Sequence record: NC_047815.1
Length of the DNA: 64,000 nt
Direction: 5' to 3' (one strand)
The number at the start of each line of letters is the position of its first letter. Positions within the stretch are counted from its first letter, which is position 1. A program made the translations under genes and the position numbers. Below are positions 23,804 through 33,254 of this stretch, piece after piece. The notes beneath the pieces are model-generated. The model saw only the letters and a program-made list of their open reading frames with translations. It was not told the DNA's origin and did not search any database.

Positions 23804-26032
23804 ATGAAAAACACACTGAAAACCTCTATCGTTGCTTCTGTTGTTACTCTGGCTCTGGTACAGTCTGCCTACGCGACTGGCTCGCACGACAACAACGGTG
23901 GCCTAGTCAATCTTGGCGGCAACGGCGGTTTGGTAAATATCGGTGGCAATGGCGGCCTGATTAATATTGGCGGCAACAATAACTCTGGTAGTCTGATTGA
24001 TCTTGACGTGCTGAATGGTAACGTCACTCAAATCGGCGCAAACGTCGGCGTGCTTAATGGTCGTGTTGATGGCCTTGAGCAAACTGTGACAACAGGCGGC
24101 GCTTTGTTGAATGACCGCATTGATAAATTGACTTCAAGTGTGGGCACTGCATACGATACTCTGGATGGTAAAATCAACAACGTGCAAGATCTCGCTATCG
24201 ATGCACGAGCAACAGCGGGCAACGCACTCGATACTGTGTATGGCCTGATTCCTCAAACACTCAACAACGCGAAAGCGATTGCAGACGTTGACAACAAGGT
24301 TGACACTGCCGTTGCTGCTGGTGTTCAGGTAGCTGGTGCACTCAACAACAAGATCGACGGCGTTGATGCTAAGGTAAATGACTTGGCGCAACAAGGGCAA
24401 GCTGCATACACTGAACTGAAATCCGATGTAGCCTCTGCTAACGGTCGCATTGACGACACTATCGCCGCTGTTGCCAACGTTGAAGCGAAAGCAAATACTG
24501 GTATTGCTCTTGGTGCCGCAGCTAATCTGAAAGCTGACCTTGTTGGTGCTGGTCTGATTGCTAACACAGTCTGGGATGCACACCAACAGAAAGAGATTGA
24601 TGCTAACGCTAAAGGTCTGGCTGCTAACAATGCAGTTGACGCGAAACAGCAAAAGCAGATTGATGGTAACTCGAAAGCAATTGGCGGTCTCCAATCTGGT
24701 CTCGCTGCTAATACAGCAAATGATGCCAAGCAGCAACAGCAGATTGATAAGGTACAGGCTGGCCTGAACTACACTGATAGAGTTGTAGCTCAGAACACGT
24801 CGGACATTGCCGATACCCGCTCAGGTTTGAAAGACCTGGCCGGTACTGTTGAAACCAACAAAGCAGCACAAGCTGATCGTGACCTTGGCCAAGACGTTCG
24901 TATGGACGGTATTGAAAAGCAAGCAGCAAACAATGACGGTCGTATCGGTGCTGTAGAAGTGCGTGCTGATAATCTTGAGCAAGGCCAGCGTGATCTGCAA
25001 GCGCAGAACGAAGTCACTGATGCACGTTCAATCGACAACGCTGATCGTATCAGCAATCTGGTTGATGTTACTGACAAGGACCGCACTGACATTAATAATC
25101 GTGTCGATGGTGTATCGACTCAGGTAAATAAAAACACCAACGATATTGCTAACGTAAGCAACGTTGCAAACGATGCATATAACAATGCGTACAACGCGCA
25201 GCAAACAGCAAATGCTGGTGTAGCGATTGGGCAGGATGCCAAGAACACTGCTATCAATGCACAGAACACTGCGGATTATGCTGTGGGCCAAACGCAAAAG
25301 AATGGCAACGACATTATCAATCTTGATAACCGTGTGACTGGTAATACGTCGGCTATTCAGAAAACGCAGAACGATCTGATCAACACCAACAATGTGCTGA
25401 CTCAGAACGTTAAGCAAACGCAGAGCAACACAAACCGCATCACCAACGTTGAAGGCACTGTCGCAACGCACACTACGCAGATCGCTAATCACGAAACGCG
25501 TATCACCAACAACGAAACCAGTATCACTAAGAACACCAGTGATATTAAAGAAACTCAGAAAGTGGTGAACAATCAGGGCAAAGTGATCAACAATCACGAA
25601 ACCCGTATCACCAACAACGAAACCAATATCAGCACGCTGAATCAAGACTTCAACTCGTTTAGCCAGACCGTTAACAACAATCAGGAAATCACCAACTACA
25701 ACATCCGTCAGGGTAATGCTCAGACTCTTAGCCAAAGCAAGAACTACACGGACAACAAGTTTGGTGAAATGAAGCAGTATGTTGATAAAGGTCGCAGCGA
25801 CGATCAGAAAGAGTATCGTTCAGGTATCGCAGGCGTTGCAGCTATGGCAAACATCCCGAACGTTCCTGGTACAACATTCTCTCTGGGTGCTGGTATGGGT
25901 CAGTACAAAGACCAAACTGCGTTAGCTGTTGGTGGTAACTGGAACGTATCGCAGCGTGTAGCGGTCAAAGCGTCCGTTGGATTTACTAACGAAGATGCAA
26001 CTGCTGGTGCTGGTATCGCATTCGGCTTCTAA
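23804..26032 (+). CDS. trimeric autotransporter adhesin (YadA-like) with signal peptide and membrane anchor
   Basis: MKNTLK...SAYA signal peptide; coiled-coil stalk; GIAGVAAMANIP...GAGIAFGF YadA anchor ending in Phe. Confidence 0.9.
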   Translation: MKNTLKTSIVASVVTLALVQSAYATGSHDNNGGLVNLGGNGGLVNIGGNGGLINIGGNNNSGSLIDLDVLNGNVTQIGANVGVLNGRVDGLEQTVTTGGALLNDRIDKLTSSVGTAYDTLDGKINNVQDLAIDARATAGNALDTVYGLIPQTLNNAKAIADVDNKVDTAVAAGVQVAGALNNKIDGVDAKVNDLAQQGQAAYTELKSDVASANGRIDDTIAAVANVEAKANTGIALGAAANLKADLVGAGLIANTVWDAHQQKEIDANAKGLAANNAVDAKQQKQIDGNSKAIGGLQSGLAANTANDAKQQQQIDKVQAGLNYTDRVVAQNTSDIADTRSGLKDLAGTVETNKAAQADRDLGQDVRMDGIEKQAANNDGRIGAVEVRADNLEQGQRDLQAQNEVTDARSIDNADRISNLVDVTDKDRTDINNRVDGVSTQVNKNTNDIANVSNVANDAYNNAYNAQQTANAGVAIGQDAKNTAINAQNTADYAVGQTQKNGNDIINLDNRVTGNTSAIQKTQNDLINTNNVLTQNVKQTQSNTNRITNVEGTVATHTTQIANHETRITNNETSITKNTSDIKETQKVVNNQGKVINNHETRITNNETNISTLNQDFNSFSQTVNNNQEITNYNIRQGNAQTLSQSKNYTDNKFGEMKQYVDKGRSDDQKEYRSGIAGVAAMANIPNVPGTTFSLGAGMGQYKDQTALAVGGNWNVSQRVAVKASVGFTNEDATAGAGIAFGF

Positions 26033-26044
26033 GTAAAACACACT

Positions 26045-26066
26045 GGGTGGCTTCGGTCACCCATTG
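26045..26066 (+). terminator. stem-loop / probable terminator
   Basis: GGGTGGC-TTCG-GTCACCC, weak U-tract. Confidence 0.55.
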
Positions 26067-26105
26067 TCACATCTAATCAACTTCACACCCTTGAGGAACT
26101 TCACC

Positions 26106-26945
26106 ATGAAACAACTTTATTTTGGCAATCACGATGTACTTGACGTTAAACCCAACTTGTTGCCTACCGTTGTTATCGACGGTCGTCAGGACATTGCACG
26201 CATCGCGCATCTTGAGCATGTAATGCAGTGGCTGCAAGGCACAGTCAACATTCAGCTTGTTTATGGTGAAGATCGTCCGAACGTCCCTGGCATGTATATC
26301 TGCACAGACAGCGCAGGCAATGTTCGTTATGGTGAAGTGCAAGACACGGCGGCTAATTGCTTCCGCTTTGTTGAGCGTTACGAAAACACAGGCTACACAG
26401 CTTGGTATGACAAGCAATCGGCTGATGAAGATTGTATCGTTGCCAGCGATCTTGATATGTCAGAACTCAGCAACTGGATGCTGTTGATGCCTACTCGTAG
26501 CCGCAATCAGGCAGACGTGACCAAGTTTCCTGCCGAGTATCGTGCCGTCAAAGACGCTACCGAAGTCAGTGTCACTGCCAAGCCATGTGATCTACGTGAT
26601 GCACAGACTCTGGGGCGCACAGAAAAGATCAATGAGTCTGTGCGTCAGTATTATTTGTGGCAGCGCAATCTTCGTGGTGAAAGCCGCGTCACGTTTGCTA
26701 CGGCTCTTGCTGCATATGTCTCAGGCATTGAGGGTGATTGGGAAACAGATGAGCTGTATGACCTAACGCTTGAAAGTTGGAAAGAGTATGCACGCTACTT
26801 GAAGCCTGATGGTTTTCAACGAGAACTCGCTACAGACAACATCTTTGTTATTGCCCGCACCTGCTACTATCATGTAGTCAAGCGCACTCCTAAAACTAAC
26901 CGTTACTACGATACTGTTTTATCTCAGGTGGAAGAACATGCGTAA
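26106..26945 (+). CDS. hypothetical protein
   Basis: GAGG SD within AACTTC-flanked leader shared with 44478 and 48055. Confidence 0.75.
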   Translation: MKQLYFGNHDVLDVKPNLLPTVVIDGRQDIARIAHLEHVMQWLQGTVNIQLVYGEDRPNVPGMYICTDSAGNVRYGEVQDTAANCFRFVERYENTGYTAWYDKQSADEDCIVASDLDMSELSNWMLLMPTRSRNQADVTKFPAEYRAVKDATEVSVTAKPCDLRDAQTLGRTEKINESVRQYYLWQRNLRGESRVTFATALAAYVSGIEGDWETDELYDLTLESWKEYARYLKPDGFQRELATDNIFVIARTCYYHVVKRTPKTNRYYDTVLSQVEEHA

Positions 26946-27147
26946 ACTCTTAACTGGTCCTGTCGGAAAACTTGTTGCTGTCCTTGCTTTTGTCTTAACT
27001 TATTTTGAACTGCGTCTGACCGAGACGGTGCCTGATGAACCATTCGGTTGGATGCTGTGTTTCTTTAGCGCGTTGGCTATCGTTCACCTGACACCACTAG
27101 CGTGTGAGCAGTGGCTACAGTTTCGTTCTGCAAGGAGAGTAAAATGA
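26938..27147 (+). CDS. small two-helix membrane protein
   Basis: Two hydrophobic segments. Confidence 0.65.
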   Translation: MRKLLTGPVGKLVAVLAFVLTYFELRLTETVPDEPFGWMLCFFSALAIVHLTPLACEQWLQFRSARRVK

Positions 27148-27419
27148 GTCGTCTGCGTCACTTGCCCGTGTTTCTCAAATGGCGTCGTCGTCTCAAAGGC
27201 GCAATTGCTTTACCTGTGTTTATCATGATCGTTCAAGGATATATGGGCGGCATGACTGACAGCATGTGGATGTGGACTGGTATCTTGTTTGCTCCCATCA
27301 TCGCACACTGCTGGTACATGACCAGCTACTATCTTGATGCGCATTGCTCCGAACTTGCAGGCGCCACTGTATCAACCGAATACACTCGAAGCATTGACTT
27401 CCCTAAGGATAAGAAATGA
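27144..27419 (+). CDS. small two-helix membrane protein
   Basis: AAGGAG SD; two hydrophobic segments. Confidence 0.7.
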   Translation: MSRLRHLPVFLKWRRRLKGAIALPVFIMIVQGYMGGMTDSMWMWTGILFAPIIAHCWYMTSYYLDAHCSELAGATVSTEYTRSIDFPKDKK

Positions 27420-27742
27420 TCAAAGCACTTCGTCGTATGTTAGGCCTGTGGCCAACCGTTGAACAGGCACTGGACCAGCCTGAAAGCTGCGTGCAAGTCG
27501 GTGAGAACTCGTATGTCGTCAAGAATCATGCAGGTCAGGCGGCGGCAGTTGTACGCGAGACCCGACGTTTGATGCAGACAGAAACTCCTGTCTCTTATCA
27601 AGCTGCGACAACCAACATGCTGCGTAACATCAACGCCGACACGACAGGCTTTCCGCAAACAATCTTCTTTGGTCAAGCTGGTGTTGTCACGATCATGAAG
27701 GTCGAATACAACATCTGCATCACTGATCTATACGACTGCTAG
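27416..27742 (+). CDS. hypothetical protein
   Basis: ATGA overlap. Confidence 0.7.
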   Translation: MIKALRRMLGLWPTVEQALDQPESCVQVGENSYVVKNHAGQAAAVVRETRRLMQTETPVSYQAATTNMLRNINADTTGFPQTIFFGQAGVVTIMKVEYNICITDLYDC

Positions 27743-27743
27743 A

Positions 27744-27795
27744 CAAATAGCTGGTCAAAATGCACAGAGCAACGTGGTTGCTTTTGTGTTATAAT
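27744..27795 (+). promoter_or_regulatory. box-type sigma70 promoter
   Basis: CAAATAGCTGGTCAAAA 27744-60; TGn-TATAAT 27790-95. Confidence 0.8.
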
Positions 27796-27839
27796 AGTGT
27801 TAGAGCAATTGTGCTCACGTTCTATATGGAAATCTCACT

Positions 27840-28109
27840 ATGAACAACTATAAACGCGCTTGTACCATTCGTATTTTCCTCTACCTGTTATTGGCTGCCT
27901 TCTGTCTTGGTGCGTGTACCGTGTTCTACTTGCAATATGCAGAACTCAACTTCAAGCTGGTTGCTGTCTCAACGGGTTTGGTTGCTGTCATGGTTTTTGC
28001 AGGTAACGGTATCGGCGAAGAGATTAGCGAATTGATTCGCATGTCTCGCATTCACGCGTTTCGCCGTATCTGCCGAGTGACTCAATCAAGCCGTCACGAC
28101 TTCTCATAA
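27840..28109 (+). CDS. small two-helix membrane protein
   Basis: Two hydrophobic segments. Confidence 0.7.
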   Translation: MNNYKRACTIRIFLYLLLAAFCLGACTVFYLQYAELNFKLVAVSTGLVAVMVFAGNGIGEEISELIRMSRIHAFRRICRVTQSSRHDFS

Positions 28110-28119
28110 GGAATCTATT

Positions 28120-28485
28120 GTGGCCCGTTTGTTTACTGCAAAGCACCGTCAACAATTTATGCGTGAACCTGATGATCTTCACTATCACGGTGAAACATCA
28201 GAACGCATTTACATTGAGGGCATGGCGGTGCTTGCTGACTTGCATTACATTCAGAAGGTTCTCAGCTATCGCAGCAGTACAATGTCTGTAAAGAATAGTC
28301 GTAAACGTTTACGGGAAATTCGTGACAATCTTTATGACCCGCGCAGCACTCGACGTTTAGTTGCTGTGTACAAGGAACTAGAGGGGCGCCTGCGTGCGCT
28401 CAAGCGTCACTACTTGTTTCAACATGAGGCGCTGCATAATCCTAAACAGTTATCAAATATTGGTTGGTGGAAACAATGGCCGTAG
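28120..28485 (+). CDS. hypothetical protein
   Basis: TAAGGA SD, GTG start. Confidence 0.7.
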   Translation: MARLFTAKHRQQFMREPDDLHYHGETSERIYIEGMAVLADLHYIQKVLSYRSSTMSVKNSRKRLREIRDNLYDPRSTRRLVAVYKELEGRLRALKRHYLFQHEALHNPKQLSNIGWWKQWP

Positions 28486-28733
28486 GTTTTGTACGTGATG
28501 ATGGTGTGAACGATACCATCGAAAGCAATATCAACAACGAAATAGATTTTGCGCGTAGCCAACTGATTGGAGTTGGCACAACGCATTGTGTTGAGTGTGG
28601 TCAAGCTATTCCACTCGCTCGACGTAAAGCAATGCCGAGCGCCAAGTATTGTATTGATTGCCAGTCGGGTCACGATGGTTCGGGTTACGTTTACTACAAT
28701 CGTCGTGGAAGCAAGGACAGCCAGTTGAGGTGA
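28476..28733 (+). CDS. DksA/TraR-family C4 zinc-finger protein, YbiI-like
   Basis: CVECGQAIPLARRKAMP..KYCIDCQ; C-terminal YNRRGSKDSQLR matches enterobacterial YbiI as recalled. Confidence 0.9.
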   Translation: MAVGFVRDDGVNDTIESNINNEIDFARSQLIGVGTTHCVECGQAIPLARRKAMPSAKYCIDCQSGHDGSGYVYYNRRGSKDSQLR

Positions 28734-28737
28734 CGTT

Positions 28738-29112
28738 GTGCCGAAGAGAACAGAAGAAGATGCAGCTTTTAGGCTGCACTGTTTTAAATTCCGAGAGTAC
28801 CTAGAAAGCGTACCTGATCGTGTGTTGCTTGAGATACGTGCCTTGCCTATAGCGCAGATGTGCAAAACTCGTAACGCCGATGATGTACGCGCCGTGCTGA
28901 AAGGTCTGACGCAGGCCGGCATGTTGTTCCTTATAAACAGCAGCGTCAATCATCGTTACTGCACGACATTCGATTTATCCGAAGTCGTGTATTCAGAGCA
29001 GGAGCTTGCTCAACACAGCTTGCTCCGTTCATTCATTGAAAATGCGGAATCATTGTATGACTGTGAAAAAGAAGTGGCCGACGAAACAATTCCGCCACGC
29101 CTGCGGGCATGA
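28738..29112 (+). CDS. hypothetical protein
   Basis: GAGGT SD, GTG start. Confidence 0.65.
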   Translation: MPKRTEEDAAFRLHCFKFREYLESVPDRVLLEIRALPIAQMCKTRNADDVRAVLKGLTQAGMLFLINSSVNHRYCTTFDLSEVVYSEQELAQHSLLRSFIENAESLYDCEKEVADETIPPRLRA

Positions 29113-29228
29113 TGTAGCAGTTGATGCAGTTTTTACTATCCGTGGCTATGCGCTGATTGCGTTTGTCATTTTCTTATTTTTGCAGGCATTCAATCAGCTT
29201 GCCAACTTTGTAGAGTGGTTATTTCCAA

Positions 29229-29717
29229 ATGTCTAACAGAGCTATCAATCCTATGTTTAAACCCGCTGGCGTACCACTAAGTCCTCAAGAGTTTCGTGAT
29301 CACGTTGAAGAACAGCGTGAGCTACGCAGCAATTGGCTGGACAAGAAAGTTAACGAGGTTAACAAAATCCTTGTTGAGCTTGCGGGCAACAAACCTCAGA
29401 CCTGTCTTCTGAATCGAAATCCGATTGACCCAGATTACATTGCGTATGTTAAAGATCGTGTGCGCAACGAAGGTCACTTCGATGTTCCTGCTGACGCTAT
29501 TGCCATTTACCTCGATCTCGGCAGCACAGGCATTGTTGTTGACCCTGACCTGTTGCCTGAGTTCGCGCAGCGATTTATTGATGTTGGTTGGGGATCGAAG
29601 ACAACAGCGCATATCAGAGCATGTCACGACTATGATGTATGGTTGTTCCTTGATCCAGTTGAGGACGAAGATGACGACTTCGACGAAGAGGACGAGGAAG
29701 AGGAAGAACACGAATGA
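29229..29717 (+). CDS. hypothetical protein with acidic tail
   Basis: ORF in packed run. Confidence 0.7.
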   Translation: MSNRAINPMFKPAGVPLSPQEFRDHVEEQRELRSNWLDKKVNEVNKILVELAGNKPQTCLLNRNPIDPDYIAYVKDRVRNEGHFDVPADAIAIYLDLGSTGIVVDPDLLPEFAQRFIDVGWGSKTTAHIRACHDYDVWLFLDPVEDEDDDFDEEDEEEEEHE

Positions 29718-30097
29718 TTCAGGAAACTCCAGAAACAACCAAGCTGATTGCATTGATTGCAAGTCTGATTACTGAACCCTACTACGAGCTTGCCTTACGC
29801 TTATCCGAAACTGGATTCAACGATGAGCAGGTAGCTCGTTGTCTTAACTTAACTACAGAAGGAGTTGCTGCACTTGCAACAGGCAATCGTCCTTATCCTC
29901 GTGTGCTTCGTTTCCGTTCTTCCTCTGATTCCGTACAGACGGCACAAGTCGGCGATCAGTCGAATGATCGACTTCGTGAAATCGAGCAAGAACTTGCAGC
30001 AAGAGAATCTCGTTCTTCGGGAACGCCTGTTGAAAGCCGCGATCAACAAGGAGCGTCGCCAGCTTCAAGCGAGGATGCCACAGACAAAGGTGACTGA
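29714..30097 (+). CDS. putative helix-turn-helix protein
   Basis: GFNDEQVARCLNLTTEGVAAL HTH-like pattern. Confidence 0.5.
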   Translation: MIQETPETTKLIALIASLITEPYYELALRLSETGFNDEQVARCLNLTTEGVAALATGNRPYPRVLRFRSSSDSVQTAQVGDQSNDRLREIEQELAARESRSSGTPVESRDQQGASPASSEDATDKGD

Positions 30098-30506
30098 TTC
30101 TAATTACCGAGAGCTTATTGCTCGGAAGCGTCAATCACCTAGACCTGCAAGCTCCTCCCCACAAACCGCTAGTGATGTAATGGAGAAATGTATGGCAGTG
30201 CCACTCAGCGTTATACATGACTTTGTAAAGGTCAAACGCTTTGCCGTGTGGCTGCACAGTGAATTGTCTATCGGTCGTTTGATGCTACAAGACACAGACA
30301 ACGATGGTCCTGCTGTGATGTTGCAGCTACGTCTCGCTATCTCTAGTCCACGTCCACATGAAGTCGCGGACATTCTACACAATCACGTTTGGCCTCACAC
30401 AGTTGAAGCACTTGAGCCTCGCGTGTTATCCATTTGCAGTCGTAGCAGTACAGTTGCTTGCTTTTTCGAAGACCCCGAAGACGAACTGCATATCGATCTA
30501 CTTTAA
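30090..30506 (+). CDS. hypothetical protein (start approximate)
   Basis: GTG 30090 or ATG 30075; upstream part of track ORF overlaps previous gene. Confidence 0.6.
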   Translation: MTDSNYRELIARKRQSPRPASSSPQTASDVMEKCMAVPLSVIHDFVKVKRFAVWLHSELSIGRLMLQDTDNDGPAVMLQLRLAISSPRPHEVADILHNHVWPHTVEALEPRVLSICSRSSTVACFFEDPEDELHIDLL

Positions 30507-30517
30507 AGGTACTTATC

Positions 30518-31390
30518 ATGAAACAAGTTGCACAATTCCAAGGTCACGAAGTAACTGCCGACGGCGTTCTTGTAGAAGTCGTTCGCGCATTTGGTCAGTC
30601 TGCCGAACTGCTTGCTGTGTTTGATGAAGACCAGTTACGTGAAGTTCTTGGGCTTTTCGGCACAGCGCCAAGCAATGTGCGTGACTGCAATCGCCTTGAA
30701 CTGTTGTATCTGTTGAGTAACAGAGTACGCGATTCCGATGATGCATTGCGCGTCGCTGCTTACGTCACACATAAGTTTGGTGCATCGGAAGACGATGACG
30801 TCCTGCTGCCTTTGTGTGAAGGTCTGATTGACCATACCTCTTATCTCAATGATGAAGATGCCGATGACGAAGACGAAGATGATGATGACTTCGATCATGT
30901 TGCCGACGACGAAGAAGACCAAACTAACTGCGATAGCTGCGGTGATGAGTTTGATGCTGTTGGTCGTTGTAGTTGTGCGACTAGCTATGACTTTGACGAA
31001 GATGAGGAACACGCCGTGATTAAACCTAAAGATGGCTCACAAGTGTTGGAAGTCAACTATGTTAATGCTATCGGTACTATGCGCGATGACGTTGTGCTTG
31101 CGCTAGTTCCGTTTATTGTTGACAGTCAAGGCGGGGATGTGTCTGTGCTTACCGCTCAAGAAGTTCGCCTGTGGTTGCAGCAAGCCAAGTCTGTGCAGCT
31201 TCGCACCGTGCTGCGTTATGTTCGTGATGCCGAAGGTCAGGCGTCAGATGCATGGACTGAGCAGAATCCAAACCTGTTCAGTGAGCGTCATGCTATCCTG
31301 CTTACTATTCTCAGCATTCTGCATCCACAAGATCCACCTTCAGATGATGACGATCAAGCGGACGATGAGAACTATGCGCTTGCACCGTAA
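30518..31390 (+). CDS. acidic hypothetical protein with central Cys cluster
   Basis: AAAGGT SD; CDSC...CSC. Confidence 0.75.
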   Translation: MKQVAQFQGHEVTADGVLVEVVRAFGQSAELLAVFDEDQLREVLGLFGTAPSNVRDCNRLELLYLLSNRVRDSDDALRVAAYVTHKFGASEDDDVLLPLCEGLIDHTSYLNDEDADDEDEDDDDFDHVADDEEDQTNCDSCGDEFDAVGRCSCATSYDFDEDEEHAVIKPKDGSQVLEVNYVNAIGTMRDDVVLALVPFIVDSQGGDVSVLTAQEVRLWLQQAKSVQLRTVLRYVRDAEGQASDAWTEQNPNLFSERHAILLTILSILHPQDPPSDDDDQADDENYALAP

Positions 31391-31733
31391 CGTTGAATTC
31401 CCGAACATGACCGACAAGGAAGTCGAGTCATTCTTGCTTGCTCCTGACCAGTGTAACTTTGTTAAGGTAAGAAAGCTGGAAGATGGTGAATGGATTGGCA
31501 TCTATCGATTAGCCTATACTTGGTCAGTGTGCTGCGGTATCGGTGAAGTCACTAGCTTCAAATATCGCTGGTGCTTTGAGAACAGAGAAGAAGCCGAGTA
31601 CATGTTTGCCAACTGTGTAGACTTCGATGATGAGCCGGATGTTGATCATCGACACACTCTTGTTGGTCATCGTTATGGTTCACGCGGCCCTCGTCTCGTT
31701 ATGCTCGATCAACATGGATTCCCAAGATGGTAA
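31374..31733 (+). CDS. hypothetical protein (start approximate)
   Basis: ORF in packed run. Confidence 0.65.
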   Translation: MRLHRNVEFPNMTDKEVESFLLAPDQCNFVKVRKLEDGEWIGIYRLAYTWSVCCGIGEVTSFKYRWCFENREEAEYMFANCVDFDDEPDVDHRHTLVGHRYGSRGPRLVMLDQHGFPRW

Positions 31734-32041
31734 AGAATATTCTCGCACGACTTTATGAACATGTTGCCAGCGGTAAATCAAACGCTGTAAGTACCATTAC
31801 CGATATCCTTGAATATCAGGGCGGCGTTGAAGATATTGAACAAAACCCACAACCGTTCCTTGATTACCTGCACGACAAGTTTGATATTCTCGATTGGTTT
31901 GAAACGCGTATCATTCTGGAAGATATGTTGTGTGTAACGTTTCCTCGTTTGTTTGATGAACACCTCGAGCGCGCAACAACTGTTGAGCAGTTTGAACAGA
32001 CATTGCTGCCTTATATGGAGGTCGAGGATGATAGTGCCTAA
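31727..32041 (+). CDS. acidic hypothetical protein
   Basis: ORF in packed run. Confidence 0.7.
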   Translation: MVKNILARLYEHVASGKSNAVSTITDILEYQGGVEDIEQNPQPFLDYLHDKFDILDWFETRIILEDMLCVTFPRLFDEHLERATTVEQFEQTLLPYMEVEDDSA

Positions 32042-32486
32042 CATCGAAGATCATACTGGCATCGACAATGCCGTGATACTTGTTGATTCTGAAATCGATG
32101 AGGGCAAGCGAGCTATTGAGTCTTGCTTACTTGCCTTTGGCCTGAAAGCCTCAGACATTTTCTATTCACCAGTTTACTTTGACGAGCACGGTGAATCGCA
32201 AGGAGGATGGGGCGCAGAGCTGACAGATAGTTCGAAAGGACGTCTCAAAATCTGTGATGATAAATCAATTCGTGACGTCTGCATGATTAGCGGTGATGAC
32301 CTGCCTAGCATACTCGATACAATCCGCGATACTGGTAATCGTATGCGGCGTCGTGCTCTCGGTACAGTAAAGACCCTGAGCAAGCGTCGTGTGTATCTTG
32401 AATTGACCTCAGACGAATACGCCTCTCTGCAAGCTAAAGCAGGTGGACAATCTATCAGTGATTATATTAAGAGAAAACTTCTATGA
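32028..32486 (+). CDS. protein with C-terminal ribbon-helix-helix domain
   Basis: RRVYLELTSDEYASLQAKAGGQSISDYIKRKLL, MobC/CopG-like. Confidence 0.65.
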   Translation: MIVPNIEDHTGIDNAVILVDSEIDEGKRAIESCLLAFGLKASDIFYSPVYFDEHGESQGGWGAELTDSSKGRLKICDDKSIRDVCMISGDDLPSILDTIRDTGNRMRRRALGTVKTLSKRRVYLELTSDEYASLQAKAGGQSISDYIKRKLL

Positions 32487-32725
32487 GCGAGTTCAATCCT
32501 ATTGCCTTACGTCCGTTGATCAAAAAGTTTCAGCACGGCACAGAGGCACTGACCAACAATGAAGTGCGCCAGTTACGTGAATACTATCGCGTGGCAAGTG
32601 ACGTAGCAAAAGCTGATCCTGCTCTGGAGGGCATCAGTGCCTACGTCAACCTCAGCTATCAGCAACTGGATCGCTTCTTTGAGGCGCGTAAGCTGAAAGA
32701 GCCTGAAACTGACAGTGCTTCATGA
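32483..32725 (+). CDS. hypothetical protein
   Basis: ATGA overlap. Confidence 0.7.
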   Translation: MSEFNPIALRPLIKKFQHGTEALTNNEVRQLREYYRVASDVAKADPALEGISAYVNLSYQQLDRFFEARKLKEPETDSAS

Positions 32726-32754
32726 TCTAACTCAAACCCCTACGTATCAACCCT

Positions 32755-32764
32755 AATCTGTAAA
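32755..32764 (+). promoter_or_regulatory. AATCTGTAAA box
   Basis: Intergenic perfect copy upstream of GNAT-uvsE. Confidence 0.6.
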
Positions 32765-32821
32765 TACTGTTTGGGAGATCTGATAAAGATTTCCCGTCGT
32801 GCATTCTAAGGAGAAAAAGTA

Positions 32822-33247
32822 ATGCCTCGACCTATGTCTAGTCCGTATCGCACTATGGAAATAACTCTTCCGAACCTTGCCGCTTTCTTCGAAGATCTCA
32901 AGCAAGACTCGGACGCTGTTAAGATTGTAGAACAAATGCAATGGGCAGTGCATGATCCAGACGTTCGCATCTATGCTGCTTACTACGACAACAGACCAGT
33001 TGCTGTTATTGGTATTCTGCAAGATGTGTATCTGCGTTTCATTGTGGTACGTGAACCACATCGACGCAAGGGCGTAGGTCGTTCGCTTGTTGAGAAGTAC
33101 GCTCAACATGTGAAAGGTATAACTGTAGATAAAAGTGATACAGGTTGTCAAATGTTCTTCCGCAAAGTTGGTTGGGTCGATTACGAAGCAATGCAGCTTG
33201 ACCAGCTTGACCAGCTTGCAATGATTCGCGGTGATTTTTTAGCATAA
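32822..33247 (+). CDS. GNAT-family acetyltransferase
   Basis: FIVVREPHRRKGVGRSLV motif A; FFRKVGW motif B. Confidence 0.8.
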   Translation: MPRPMSSPYRTMEITLPNLAAFFEDLKQDSDAVKIVEQMQWAVHDPDVRIYAAYYDNRPVAVIGILQDVYLRFIVVREPHRRKGVGRSLVEKYAQHVKGITVDKSDTGCQMFFRKVGWVDYEAMQLDQLDQLAMIRGDFLA

Positions 33248-33254
33248 GGTTTTT

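Noticed and set aside
29006-29236. Small membrane ORF between 28738 and 29229
   Set aside because: Hydrophobic 3' part is plausible, but no convincing start or SD outside the upstream gene; left uncalled
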